Origin: Octopus bimaculoides
Taxonomy: Eukaryota
Assembly (NCBI RefSeq): GCF_001194135.2
Contig: NC_069004.1
Span: forward strand, 22,005,415 to 22,069,414
DNA: 64,000 nt
Reading direction: 5' to 3'
Shown here: piece after piece, positions 26,701-40,088 of the stretch
Layout: each line of letters starts with the position of its first letter
How positions within the stretch are numbered: position 1 is the stretch's first letter
Translations under genes and position numbers: made by a program
The notes under the pieces: generated by a model
The model's input: only the letters and a program-made list of their open reading frames with translations
Told to the model about the DNA's origin: nothing
Databases searched by the model: none

Positions 26701-29700
26701 TGTGAGTATGAAGAAGATGCTAAAAGAATTTTTTTAATAAAATAAAAAAATCCAACTAGAAGTAAACAAACAAAAACAACAATAGTACAGTGTTATTTTC
26801 ATTGCAGATGTAGCATGTAGCATCACATATAGAAGCCTGCATAAAAATGGTTTACTAAGAAGCGACAAATACAGCTAGTGCAGCCAGGAGTGTAGTTAAC
26901 ATCAGGTCTCTCTACTTTTATACATACAAGCATACATACAGACATACATACACACACATACAGATTCACACACACACACACACACATACTTACATACACA
27001 CAGTGGTCCCAAGACAGTGCCCCGTGGAACACCACTCACTATTTGTGTTTTCATAGAGGTGGCTCCATTGGCCACTACTACCTGACTTCTATCTTTCAGA
27101 AAGTCATGTAACCACTCTGCAAGTTTTCCAGCTATGCCAAGATCACATAGTTTGTGGCATACCATACCATGATCCACTTTGTCAAAAGCTTTTGCAAAAT
27201 CAAGGTATATTACGTCCACATTTGAGTTATTGAGTAACTGCCTCAACACCCAGTCATAATGTTGTAAGAGCTGGGTCAGGCAGCTCCTACCTGGTCGAAA
27301 GCCATGCTGGGTATCACTCAGCAAGTTATTTTCTTCAAGGAATGTGATTAGTTTTCCTCTGACTATCCATTCCATGACTTTGCTGATGTGTGAAGTAGGC
27401 CTATAGTTTTTGGCATCTGCTCTGCTTCCTCCTTTATGGATTGGGCATATCATATGTATATATATATATTTATTATTGAGTTAGAAAACAGGGAGATATA
27501 ATGGAAACAAATTAATTTATTAATTAATCAACATATTCACTTTTATTTTCTTTTATTCATTATATTACTTTACCCTTATATAATATAATCCATCATTCAT
27601 GATTATTATTATTATTATTATTGAATTGAAATAAAGGGAATAATTTTAATGCATATTCACACACATATGTATACATAAACATGTCTGTATATTCTGAGTA
27701 TTCCAAACATATCCTGATTGTCCTCTAAAAACCCTGACAATTTTCCTTATAAGTCGTTTAAAATGTAAAAGTATATTTTTATATGTTTTGTAATTTTAAT
27801 CTTATTTGAGATATGAAACAGTTGTTGGCGAATATGTTGATTAATTAATAAATTATTTTGTATCCATTAGATCTCTCTGTTTTCTTACTCGATAATAATG
27901 TTTGATATTTTATGGTATTTTTTACAATATATTCATTGAAGAAATATCTCTTCAAAATATAAATATTTTAAACCAGTGTACCTTGGATAAATATCCCTAT
28001 AATCAGTTTAAATATCCTCATTGTGACCACAAAAAATATATATGTATGTATGTGTGTGTGTATATATGTATGTATGTATGTATATATATAATTAAAACAA
28101 AGAAGTTAAATTCTGGTCATAAAGTTACCAAAGGTTTTGAATCCACAAAAGCCACAGCCTTGTGGACTGCTCATCAGACTCTATACAAATACAAAAAAAT
28201 TAAACTTTTTACCATGCGGACATGAGGAAATGCTCAGATATCAAGTTTTAATGGCTAATGTATAAAAACATTAATGAGGAAGGGTTATCTGCCTTGGACC
28301 AGAGGATAAAAAAACTCTTACAGACCTAAAATAGCCAAACCAGCAAACGGGCAGATCTAATTTTCCAGTAGGTAGTGCTTGAAATGGACACATCTAGAGA
28401 AAACGTCATTACGACTATTTAATGCGCCAGGTTTAGCGTAGTCCTTAAGAATTTTGATTCTCTACACAATGCAGATTTTGCAACAGCCACTTCCATTAAT
28501 ATGTGGGCTTGGATGTTCTATTATTTTCCACCTGATATCACATGGGTCCCTTGATCTTTGAGGTGCCACACATGGCTGATCAGAGATGTGACAAAATGTC
28601 TTTCTGAGACTCTGAAGGATGACTAGAGGTTGCGGAAGTGACGTTTGAAAGATGTACTGGCCTATCTGATATATTTACAAACTTGGGATGTGGCTATATT
28701 CACACTCCTGGTATATCTCTGGTAGGCTCCGGGTCCAAGGATGTTGTTGGTAACACCATTGCTGACGTTGTCAATATGGTGCAATGATCTGGTGGTGTTA
28801 TCGCTGTGGTTATTGTTTCTGGTCATATGGTTGGTGATGTAGCTGCCAGCATTAGTGTGGGGGCAGCTGGTGGCAACATATGGTGCAGGGCCACTCATCC
28901 CCAGGCCTGGAGCCTACCAGAGATATACCAGGAGTGTGAATAGAGCCACATCCCAAGTTTGTAAATATATCAGATTGGCGAGGACATCTTTCAAACGTCA
29001 CTTCCACAACCACCAGTCATCCTTCAGAGTCCCAGAAAGACATTTTTCATCTTTGGCACCTCAAAGATCAAGAGACCCCTTATGATATCAGGTGGAAAAT
29101 AATAGAACATCCACGCCCATATATTAATGGGAGTGGCTGTTTCAAAATCTGTATTGCAGAGAGAACCAAGATTCTTAAGGACGATGCTAATCCTGGCGTG
29201 TAAATAATCGTAAAGATGTTTTCTCTAAACGTGTCCATTTCAAGCGCTACCTACTGGAAAATTGGATCTGCCCATTTGCTGGTTTGGTTATTTTGGGTCT
29301 GTAAGGGTTTTTTATCTTCTGGTCCAGGGCAGATAACCTGTCCTCATTAACGTTTTTATACGTTAGACATTAAATCTCGATATCTGAGCATTTCATCATG
29401 TCCGCGTGGTAGAAAGTTTAAATTTTTTGTCTTTGTATAGAGTCTGATGAGCTGTCCACATGACTGGCTTTCATGGATATGAAACCTTTGGTAACTTTTT
29501 GACCAGAATTTAACTTTTTGTTTTAATAATTACTGCTCCATTCTTTAGAGTGTGCTTCTTTTCTGATATATGTTGTATTCTTTTATTCTTTTATTTGTTT
29601 CAGTCATTTGACTGCAGCCATGCTGGAGCACTGCCTTTAGTCAAACAAATCAAACAAATTGACTATATATATATATATAGAGATAGATATATACCTACTG

Positions 29701-29966
29701 TTTAAAGAACACAATATATATTTTTGTGAACTACTAAAATAAAAATGACACAGGCAGCATTTTATAACATGTCTGGTGTCTTCATGTAATCTTCAGGCAT
29801 ATACAAGCTAAAACATGATGACAGAATGTCATTTTCATTGCCTGACACTATTAGTAGCTCATAAAAACGTATATTGTGTTCTTTATACAATATTTACCTC
29901 TCACCAGATAGAGTACTTTTTTTTTGTTGATATCACCATCACAGAACAATATACTATATATGTATG

Positions 29967-30027
<61 letters not shown>

Positions 30028-33000
30028 CATATGAGAGGCTGCTGAAAAATTCCTGGCTTTGAGTAAAAGAAAATACAGGAGGATCAGTTAATTATGGTTT
30101 TTATTCAGCATATTCCCCTCTCACATTCACACACTTATTGCAGAGGTCCTTCAGTTTTTTCTAAGCCCTGTAAAAGAACTCAGAAGTTTGGGTCTCTAAA
30201 GTCAGGAACTTCTCATCACCCCCTCTGTATATATATATGTGCATGTATGTATGTATGCATGTATGTGTGTATGTATGTATAGTTAACAACTACCTAGATA
30301 CAGCACAGCATATATGTGATAAGATACTTTTTATTGAGGTTAAGGGAATATTAGCAAATAGGAAACATTACAAGCAAACAAGTTTAACATTCCTGACACT
30401 TTTAGTGATGAAGCAAATTTGAATATTTACATCTACACTAGAGTTTGAGTGGTTTGATCTCTAGTCATCCCCAAGTGTCTTATTTCTCTGGATGTGTATA
30501 TAATATGAATCCAGTCTGGTTGTATGTACATGTCCTGGAATAAGACATCTGATGACAGTCACAATCAGAGTTGAAACCAATTAAAGTGTAGCGTAAATTG
30601 AATTCAATTTGGTTCACATTGAGCATCCAGAAATAAATTTTTAATCACAATTAAAACAAACTGTTTATGTAAATAATAAAAGATGCTTTATTGCTAATGG
30701 TGAGGCCAGCAGTAAAAGAAAAGAAAAATAAGCAATTTTGTGCTGATTTCTGACATAGTTACAAGGTCAGACATTTTAAGGGAGGGTTTGGTTAATTGAA
30801 TTGACACCAGGACTTAACTTTGGTGAAATTTGAACTCAGAACATGAAAAAAAAAAAATGTAGAATCTTATTTACAATAACTATTCCACCTGACTGGCCTT
30901 TGTGCCAGTGGCATGTAAAAGCACCCACTACACTCTTGGAGTGGTTGGTGTTAGGAAGGTCATCCAACTGTAGAAACTCTGCCAGATCAGACTGGAGCCT
31001 GGTGTAGCCATCTGGTTCACCAGTCCTCAGTCAAATCGTCCAACCCATGCTAGCATGGAAAGTGGACGTTAAACGATGATGATGATGATGATCTAAATAT
31101 ATAATTGTAATCAAATTTCTGTATTTCTAAATTAAACTTTTCTCCTAGCTTTAAATCTTTTATTCTCCGAAGCAGCATATTGTAGACATCCTGTTAACTT
31201 TCTTAAGGATCCTGATGTTGGTAGCATTTTGCCAAACCACCAAGTTAGGGGGATGTAAATACACCAATAATGGTTGTTAAGTGGTGGTGGGGTCAAACAC
31301 AGACCAAAGACACACACACACACACACACATGATGTGCTTCTTTCAGTTCCTGTCTCTCAAATCCACTGACAAGGCTTTGGTTAGTCCAAGGCTACAACA
31401 GAAGACACTTGCCCAAGGTTCCATGCAGTGGGATTAAACCCAGAACCATGTAGTTGGGAAGCAATCTTAGAAATTAAATAAACATTTAAATATTTATTTA
31501 AATTTGTGAACTTCACTCTAAACCAATGTCTCTGGATTACTTACGAGTCTTCATAAGGAACCTCAATGTGATTGCTAGGTCTGCTAAAAAGGGCAGTCAA
31601 ATCTCTTTCAAATCATAACCTGACCATTTTACAAAAGGCAAATCAACTAGAGAATCTCTACGTAGTTGCTGAAACTACAAATAATATCAGCCAAATCTCC
31701 CTCAAATCACACCCTACCAGCCAAGAAGAGTGCCTCTATATAGTCATTTGATCTACTAGAAATAGCAGTCAAATCTCCCTCAAATCACACCCTGCAAGCC
31801 AATGAGGATGCTTCTGTATAGTTGTTTGATACCCCTAAAATACGGAATGGTCATGGCTGGAATGGCTTTGATATATAAAGTCTACTGGATTAAGTTTGAT
31901 CTGAGTCTGAACAACAACAATATCAACAACACCAGCAACAACAACAACAGCAACAGATGGTCAACAAAAATGTTTCCTGGGTTAAATAGTAGGAGTAGTA
32001 ACATCAAAAACAACAGCAGCAGCAGCAGCAACAATAACAGCAACAAGAACAACAGCAAGAATAACATCAAAAGTAACAGCAGCAATAACTACAAGCCAAC
32101 AAAGGATCCTTGATGTGGTCATCGAGTCTGCTAGAAATAGCAGCCAAATCATCTTCAAATCTTACCCTACCATCTTCCAGAAAGCAGAAGAGACATTAGA
32201 TAATGTAATCCTGTATACTCCCTAAAAAGATGGGATGGCCATGATTGGAATACCTTTGACTATAGGTCTACTCAATGAGGACTAACCTGGTAGCTAAACA
32301 ACAACATCAAACAATCGACAAAACAGTAATACCTTGCATGACGTTGCTTACCTCTTCACTGCTTAGCGTCCTCAGGGTGGCGACACTCACACTCGGTCCT
32401 TGCTGTATCCGTGGTAATCCCTCAAGCAACTGTGGATCTGTATCCAGAACAGCAGCCAATAACTGATCAATCAATGTACGTAGGCGTTTCTTGCTGTGTT
32501 CTATTTTCCGAACTGCTCTTATCACCTAAGGTATAAACGGCCTTCAGTACACCTGTGCTCGTAAGCTTGGAAGGGGACGGGATAGGATTTGGAGGGAAAG
32601 GAATTTTATAGATTTATTTTTATATACTTTTTTTTGTCCCAAAGAAGGTCGGCTGTGGTGTGGGAGAGGGTAGGGAGAAAATAGGGGTGAGTAGAGGTTT
32701 ATTAAAGCAAGACATGAATGAAAGAGAAAGATGACAGAAGAGGGACACCAATGTATATAGGAATCTTATTTGGCATTTACAGATATGCAAACACACATCT
32801 ACACGCATACATTCACACATGTCTATATGCCTATCTGTGTGTGTGTGTGTGTGTATGTATGCATGTATATCTTCACGCATGTATATATGCACGTTGTTTC
32901 ACTTTACATGTGTTTTCTATACTAACATAAGTTAATCACAGAATGTATCACTGAAGCATTGTTAAATAGATAACTTTTAATTTTCAAGGAAAAGATTCCT

Positions 33001-34573
33001 TTTTTCGCAAATCTTCAAAGACAGCTTGTTGATAGGAGTAATGAGAGCAAGAACAGTCTTTAGAAAGTAATTTCTTTGGAGAAATGCCTATACATATATC
33101 TATCTAGTTATCTTTTGTCTCTCTCTTTTTATATATAATCTACCCATCTATTTCTCTACCTCCCTATCTAGATATTTATCTAGATATNNNNNNNNNNNNN
33201 NNNNNNNNNNNNNNNNNNNNNNNNNNNNNNNNNNNNNNNNNNNNNNNNNNNNNTATATATATATTTATATATATATATATATATAAATTTATCTATCTAT
33301 CTATTTATTTATATTTGTGTGTGTGTACACACACAGATGTTTATGAGAAATAGGTAGAGCATTGACAGAAAGCAAGATCATAATAATTATTATGACCTTG
33401 TTTTCTCTGCCTCTCTTCTTTCAAACTTTCTTCTATACCTTACACTAGTAGTAGATCAAAGCTCTCTACTAAGGCTATACCTCATTCTCCCTCTGATGAT
33501 GGAATAGATTGCTACCATAAGATTGGCTGCCAATTGGTTTCATGGAAATGCACCATCTGCACATCTATTCTTGAAACAGATGTAAGAGACTATCTGCACA
33601 CCTTATTGCTTCTTTCCTCCTTCTGATCTATACTCATAATTAATATATATAAATATCATAGTCTAACCTGATACGAGTTGTTTCTCTGTTTATATTTTTA
33701 TTCTATTATATACATACCAGCTAAATTGAAAACCTGTTTACAGTCAATTGTTATTGGACACCTGTAACATGCATGCTTTCAGTGTTAAGAGTTGGGGACA
33801 GCAAGTCAACCTGAGCACTAACTGTATGTACATATTACCTTACATCATCAGATGTAATATTACCTGAATTATATGTGTGTGTGTGTGTGTGTGTGCCCAG
33901 GGTGAAGAGGGTGGCTGCTGGAAGACCCTATGTTTGGCAGCAGGACTCTGTACCATGCCTCACAAGCTGGAGAATTCAGTCATGGCTGCTGTCAAACAAT
34001 TTCTGTGCCCACGTCACCCCTAACTCCCTACACTGCAACCCCCTTGATTATTATGTGTGGGGTGCAGTTGAGCAAGAGACCAACAAAACTTGTAACATCA
34101 AAGTTGAATTGAAGGCAAGGATTATGGCAGCATTCAACAACTTAAACAAGGAGACAGTCCAGAAGAGTTGCAGGAGATTCTGAAGTCGTCTGGAGACTGT
34201 GGTTGAAGCCAATGGCAATTTTATTGAATAAATCTACTCTTTAGCATTTCAAGATATTTTTATGTAATTAAGGCTTACGGCCATATCATGTTGAGAGCAC
34301 TGGTTCTTGTCCGATCACCGAAGTTAAGCAATGTCAAGCCTAGTGAGTACTTAGATGGGTGACCGCTTGGGAAACCTAGGTGCTGTAAACATCACACACA
34401 TAGGTATAGGAGTGGCTGTGTGGTAAGTAGCTTGCTTACAAACCACATGGTTCCTGGTTCAGTCCCACTGCATGGCACCTTGGGCAAGTGTCTTCAACTA
34501 TAGCCTTGGGCCAACCAAAGCCTTGTGAGTGGATATGGTAAATGGAAACTGAAAGAAGCCCGTCGTATATATG

Positions 34574-34620
<47 letters not shown>

Positions 34621-36791
34621 TTGTGTGTCTGTGTTTGTCCCCCCAACATCGCTTGACAACCGATGCTGTTGTGTTTATGTCCCTGTAATTTAGCAGTTCG
34701 GCAAAAGAGGCCGATAGAATAAGTACTAGGATTACAAAGAATAAGTCCTGGGGTTGATTTGCTCGACTAAAGGCGGTGCTCCAGCATGGCCACAGTCAAA
34801 TGAATGAAACAAGTAAAAAAAAGTAAAAGAGTATATATACCTGTTAAAATGAGATGTCAGTGTTATTTTTATTTTTGCGCAATTTAGACAACAGTTTATT
34901 CACCGCACCCTGTATATGTGTGTGTGTGTGTATGTATAAATATACCTCTTGGGCATCAGCAGGCTTGCAACAGACATGGACATCTCCCTTCATAAATCTA
35001 TGTGTATGTGCGTGTGTATATGTGTGTGTGTGTATGTATGTATGTATGAGCTTTTGCTGAACAACCTTCACAAATCATTTGTTTATAGTGATCAAATGTA
35101 TGTGCTGCACGTTAGCTCACTCCCTCCATCAAATCAACGCTGCCTTAACAGGTGCATGGTGTGTACCATCTGTCAGATGTCAAAGTGATTGCAGAGCAAC
35201 GTGAGATGAAGTGTTTTGCTCAAGAACACAACACACTACCTGGTCTAGGAATTGAAACCATGATCCCATGATTGTGAGTGGAACACCCTAATCACTATGC
35301 CATGCATCTTCACAAAATATATCTTTAAAATGTTATACGCACTGATATTTTAATTTAAGGTTGTTTCAAACGTGTATATTAATTTAATTCTAGTCTGGCT
35401 AGCTTTCAAACAAATCAGTATATTTTTATTTATCAATTTCTTTATGGGAACAAGTATTTTTGGACAAGCTCAAAATATCCAGGGTATTTGTCCCTGAGGA
35501 AACCAAATCATGTTGAAACACTAGTGATGTTTCTCTGAGACAAAATATTAATGTTAGCATCATTTTCTCTTTGTATACACATTATAAATGTTAGACACAC
35601 TGGTATATATAAATATATATATATATTATGGTACTCTGTCAGTTACGATGATGAGGGTTCCAGTTGATCTGATCAATGGAACAGCCTGTTTGTGAAATTA
35701 ACGTGCAAGTGGCTGAGCACTCCACAGACACGTGTACCCTTAACGTAATTCTCAGGGAGATTCAGTGTGACACTGAGTGTGACAAGGCTAGCCCTTTGAA
35801 ATACAGGCACAGCAGAAACAGGAAATAAAAGTGAGAGAAAGTTGTGGTGAAAGAGTACAGTAGGGTTTGCCACTACCCACTGTTAAGCCTTGCGCTCAAT
35901 AAACACTCACAACGCCCGGTCTGGGAATTGAAACCACAATCCCACAACCGCAAGTCCACTTCTTTATCTTACAGCTGTTTCTGCTATATGATGCAATAGA
36001 CTCATATTTGACAACTGACAAGGAATTAGCAAAGCTGTATGTGTGAATTTTCCATTTGCTGTGTTTCTATTTAAACTTTTGGTATACATACATACACACA
36101 TACATACATGCACACAACTATTTAGTATTAAATTTGATGACATCTCAAGAAAATGCTGTTATCAAAAATACTAAATAAAGTATAATTTAACTTATTACTT
36201 TCTTCACAGGAAATAAGAGAGGGTGAAAAGAAGAGAGAGAAGAGAAGGAGAGAGAGAAAGAGAAAAAAGTCAAAGAAGGTGAGATTGAGAGAGGAAAGGG
36301 ATTATCAGTAGAGACAGAATGAGAAATGAGAGAGAGAGAGAGACAGAGAGAAGAGCAGGTGGAGTTGGTATGAAAGAATATGATGAAGGAAAAGAAATAG
36401 TGGGAGGTAGAGAAGGGGGGATGGGGTCGGGGGGTTATATGCAAAACAGAGTTTTTTTTTAAAAAACAATAATAAAGATAAATATATATATATTGAGTCA
36501 AACTAAATGATTGCTACCTGTGCATTGCTGCATGTTACACAGCATTGCAATATTTAGTAGTAGTAATAGTATTATTATTATTATTAGTAGTAGTAGTAGT
36601 GGTAGTAGTAGTAGTAGTGGGTGGTGGTAGTGGTGGGAGAAGGTGACACAGATAAAGTGAAGACAGTTTAAGGGAGGACATGCAGTGCAAGTTTAAATTG
36701 GGAGGAAAAAAAAACTCAAATGACGAATTGGGGGTAAATTGTCGTTTAAATCAAGGATGCTTCTAAGCTTGTTTAATACAGAGTAGTTGTT

Positions 36792-36870
<79 letters not shown>

Positions 36871-37002
36871 NNNNNNNNNNNNNNNNNNNNNNNNNNNNNN
36901 NNNNNNNNNNNNNNNNNNNNNNNNNNNNNNNNNNNNNNNNNNNNNNNNNNNNNNNNNNNNNNNNNNNNNNNNNNNNNNNNNNNNNNNNNNNNNNNNNNNN
37001 NN

Positions 37003-37066
<64 letters not shown>

Positions 37067-40032
37067 GGACAGAAAATGAATAAATAATAAGAAAACAAGG
37101 AGGAAGAGGGAAATATAGACCAAGAAGAAAGAGAGAGAAAAAAGATGTATGGAATGAAAAATAAACCCAGGAAGAGAGAGAGAGAGAGAGAGAAGTGAGA
37201 GAGAAACAAGAGAAAGAGAGGAGAAAGAAGTATGGAGTGAAAAATATATTCAGGAGAGAGAAGAAAGAGAAAGAAAAGTGAGAGAAATAAGAAAGAGAGA
37301 AACAAGACAGGAGAAATGAAAAGAAAGAAAGATGGAAAGGAAGTCGAAGCCAGAGCTAATAAAGAGTAAAAAAAAAAACAACAATAACAACACCAACAAC
37401 AAGGAGAAGACTATATGAAGGAGTCTCTATATAGTCTCTTGATTTGCTACAAATAGCAGGCAAAAAAAAAGTATCTTCCTCAAATCATACCCTGCTGACT
37501 TATCCCTTTAGCATTTAAACCAAACATATCCAGCCCAAATATTCTGCTTTTTGTTCAAACTGGCCAGATCCAGCCTCTCACACCTACCCTACATTGCCAT
37601 TCTAAAACTAAACGATTAAATAATCATATCATTGAGATCTCAAAGCTACAAGATAATGCATGATTAATTCAAAGCAATGAGAACGAATAAGCAGAATATT
37701 TGACAGAATAATCTGAATGCAAAAGGGTTAAAAAAAAGGGAAGGACAAATACTTTGGGTAACATAGTTTTTGATATATTACACATTGTAACAGGGTTTTT
37801 GTCCTTGGGTAGCAAATGTTATTTGCTTAGCTGAAAAAATATGAAAAATTACTAATATTTCCTTCAAATTTTTGTTACATTTATTCAAACCCCAAAGAAT
37901 CCTTCTCAACACATGACTATGATGTTCTCCCACTACTCCTGCTCATGATCAGAGATGCACATATTGTCAACCACTAAGGGGTATGCTAAACTGGTTAAGG
38001 TCAAGCAACTGACAAGCAAATCTGTGGTCCTGAGTAGAATATTTGCTATAACAATATTTCTGCTTCAGTAACTCGGGGCTGAATTTGTCTGAAATGTAAT
38101 GGAAAATAGGTCAGTTTCAAAACATTGATGTCCAGGTCACAAAAGCAAAGTCTGAAGGGATTAGTAGCCATTTCATTTGATCATGGTAGGAAATACCTTT
38201 AATTACTCATTGGTTTGTTCAATCGATCAGGGAAGTATTGATGTAAAGAGGGGCTAATAGAAGCCTTGCAGATATGTCTGGATATTCTGCTTAAATGTTT
38301 AATTCAGGCAAACTTTCTGCTACATTGGCTAGAGTGAAGGACTTGGAAAATCTAGAGAAGATGCATGGAAGAATAGAAAGCCATGGTTCCAATGCCATAG
38401 ACCTTATGTTTTATATGAAATTGACCACATACATCTATACTTGCCAAACAACAAAAATGTTTTTAATATCACATTTCACTTTACAAATTTAGTATGGATA
38501 TACTGCTATGAAGTTGGATAAATTTGTAATGTAGTAGGGAGAGAAGGAAAAGGGGGTTTAAGACAAGATGGATAGACCTACCCAACCCCTTTTTCCTTAT
38601 ATTTATGAAATCAATGTTTTGAAATAAAAACAATTATGAGAGAGAAATTTCAGCAAGTATATTCATGTGTGTGTGTTTGCGTGTATATATGTGTGTGTAT
38701 GTATAAACACACACACACACAACACTCATACATATACACATACAACACTCATACATATACACATACCTGGTACTCTGTTGGTTACAACAATGAGTGTTCT
38801 AGTTGATTCCAATCAATGGAACAGCTTGCTTGCGAAATTATCATGTAAGTAACTGAGCACTTCATGGTCATGTGTACCCTTAATGTACTTCTCAGGGAAA
38901 TTCAGCGTGACACAGGATGTGACAAGGCTGGTCCTTTGAAATACAACTCACTTTTGCCAGCTGAGTGAACTGGAATAACATGAAATAAAGTATCTTGCTC
39001 AAGGACACAATATACCATCTGGAATCAAACTCACGACCTGACAATTGTGAACCAAATACCCTAACCACTAAGCCACACACCTTCACTACACACATACACT
39101 CGGTGCTGTAGCAGAAATATCGCTATAGCAAATATTCTACTCGATACCACAGATTTGCTTGTCAGTTGCTTAACCTTAACCACTTGAGCATGTCCCTTAG
39201 TGGCTGACAATCTGTGCATCTCTGATCATGAGCAGGAGTAGTGGGGGAGCATCATAATCATGTGTTGAGACGGATTCTTTGGGGGTTTCAATAAATGTAA
39301 CAAAAGCAAAGTTTGAAGGAAATATTAGCCATTTTTCATACTTTCTAAAAGTAAGCATATAGGAAATAACATTTGCTACCCAAGGACAAAAATCATGTTA
39401 CAGTGTAATAATGATAATTGTTTGTGATAAAGGTACACAGTTTTAGGGTAGAGGTTTAGCTGATTACAACAACCCAATTGTAATTACAATGACTGGTACT
39501 TTATTTAACAATCCCAGAAGGACAAACCATGAAGTTGATTGATAAGATTTATTCTCAGAAAGTTAAGAGCCAGAACAAATATCCTAAGGTATCTTTCCCA
39601 GATTCTGATAGCAATGTTTCTGATTTAGGTATTTTCAGGAGAGATTAAATCAAACTCAGTACTTGGCTTGTACTTCATTTTATTGACCTCAGAAGGATGA
39701 AAAACAAAGTCGACCTCGGTGAAATTTGAACTCAGAATGTAAAGATGAACAATATGTTGCTAAGCAGTTTGCCCGGCATGCTAACGATTCTACTTGTTTG
39801 CTGCCTTACCTTATAATAATAATCCTTTCTACTATAGGCACAAGGCCTGAAATTGGGGGAGGAGGATAGCCGATTACATTAACTCCAGTACTCAGCTGGT
39901 ACTTTTTCCATCAATCCCAAAAGTATGAAAAGCAAAGTTGATCTCAGCAGAATTTGAACTCAGAGTGTAACGACAGATGACATGCTGCTAAGCATTTCAC
40001 CCATTGTACTAACAATTCTGCCAGCTCCTTCC

Positions 40033-40088
<56 letters not shown>

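Larger units (their letters stand above)
28091..29527. mobile_element. Palindromic Penelope-like element remnant: two inverted GIY-YIG endonuclease plus 3' end copies
   Basis: Arms 28091-28733 (minus) and 28906-29527 (plus), about 90% identical where sampled. Peptides KYI.LARTSFKRHFHNHQSSF, LWHLKDQETPYDIRWKII..PY..C.ICIAERTKI, LNNRKDVFSK.VH resemble the PLE GIY-YIG C-terminus. Confidence 0.85.

Noticed and set aside
31802-32113. Poly-Asn/Ser or poly-Leu ORF near an ELKS exon
   Set aside because: Intronic AAC/AGC repeat embedded in a dispersed repeat; no splice signals in ELKS frame
34273-34391. Functional 5S rRNA gene
   Set aside because: Solitary, CpG-decayed, mismatch in helix I and no oligo-T terminator; called a pseudogene
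37520-37545. Minus-strand QNIWAG as a candidate IWA exon (also INIWAW at about 29110-29125)
   Set aside because: Both lie within transposon sequence (TTAA MITE, PLE arm) and are not followed by a stop
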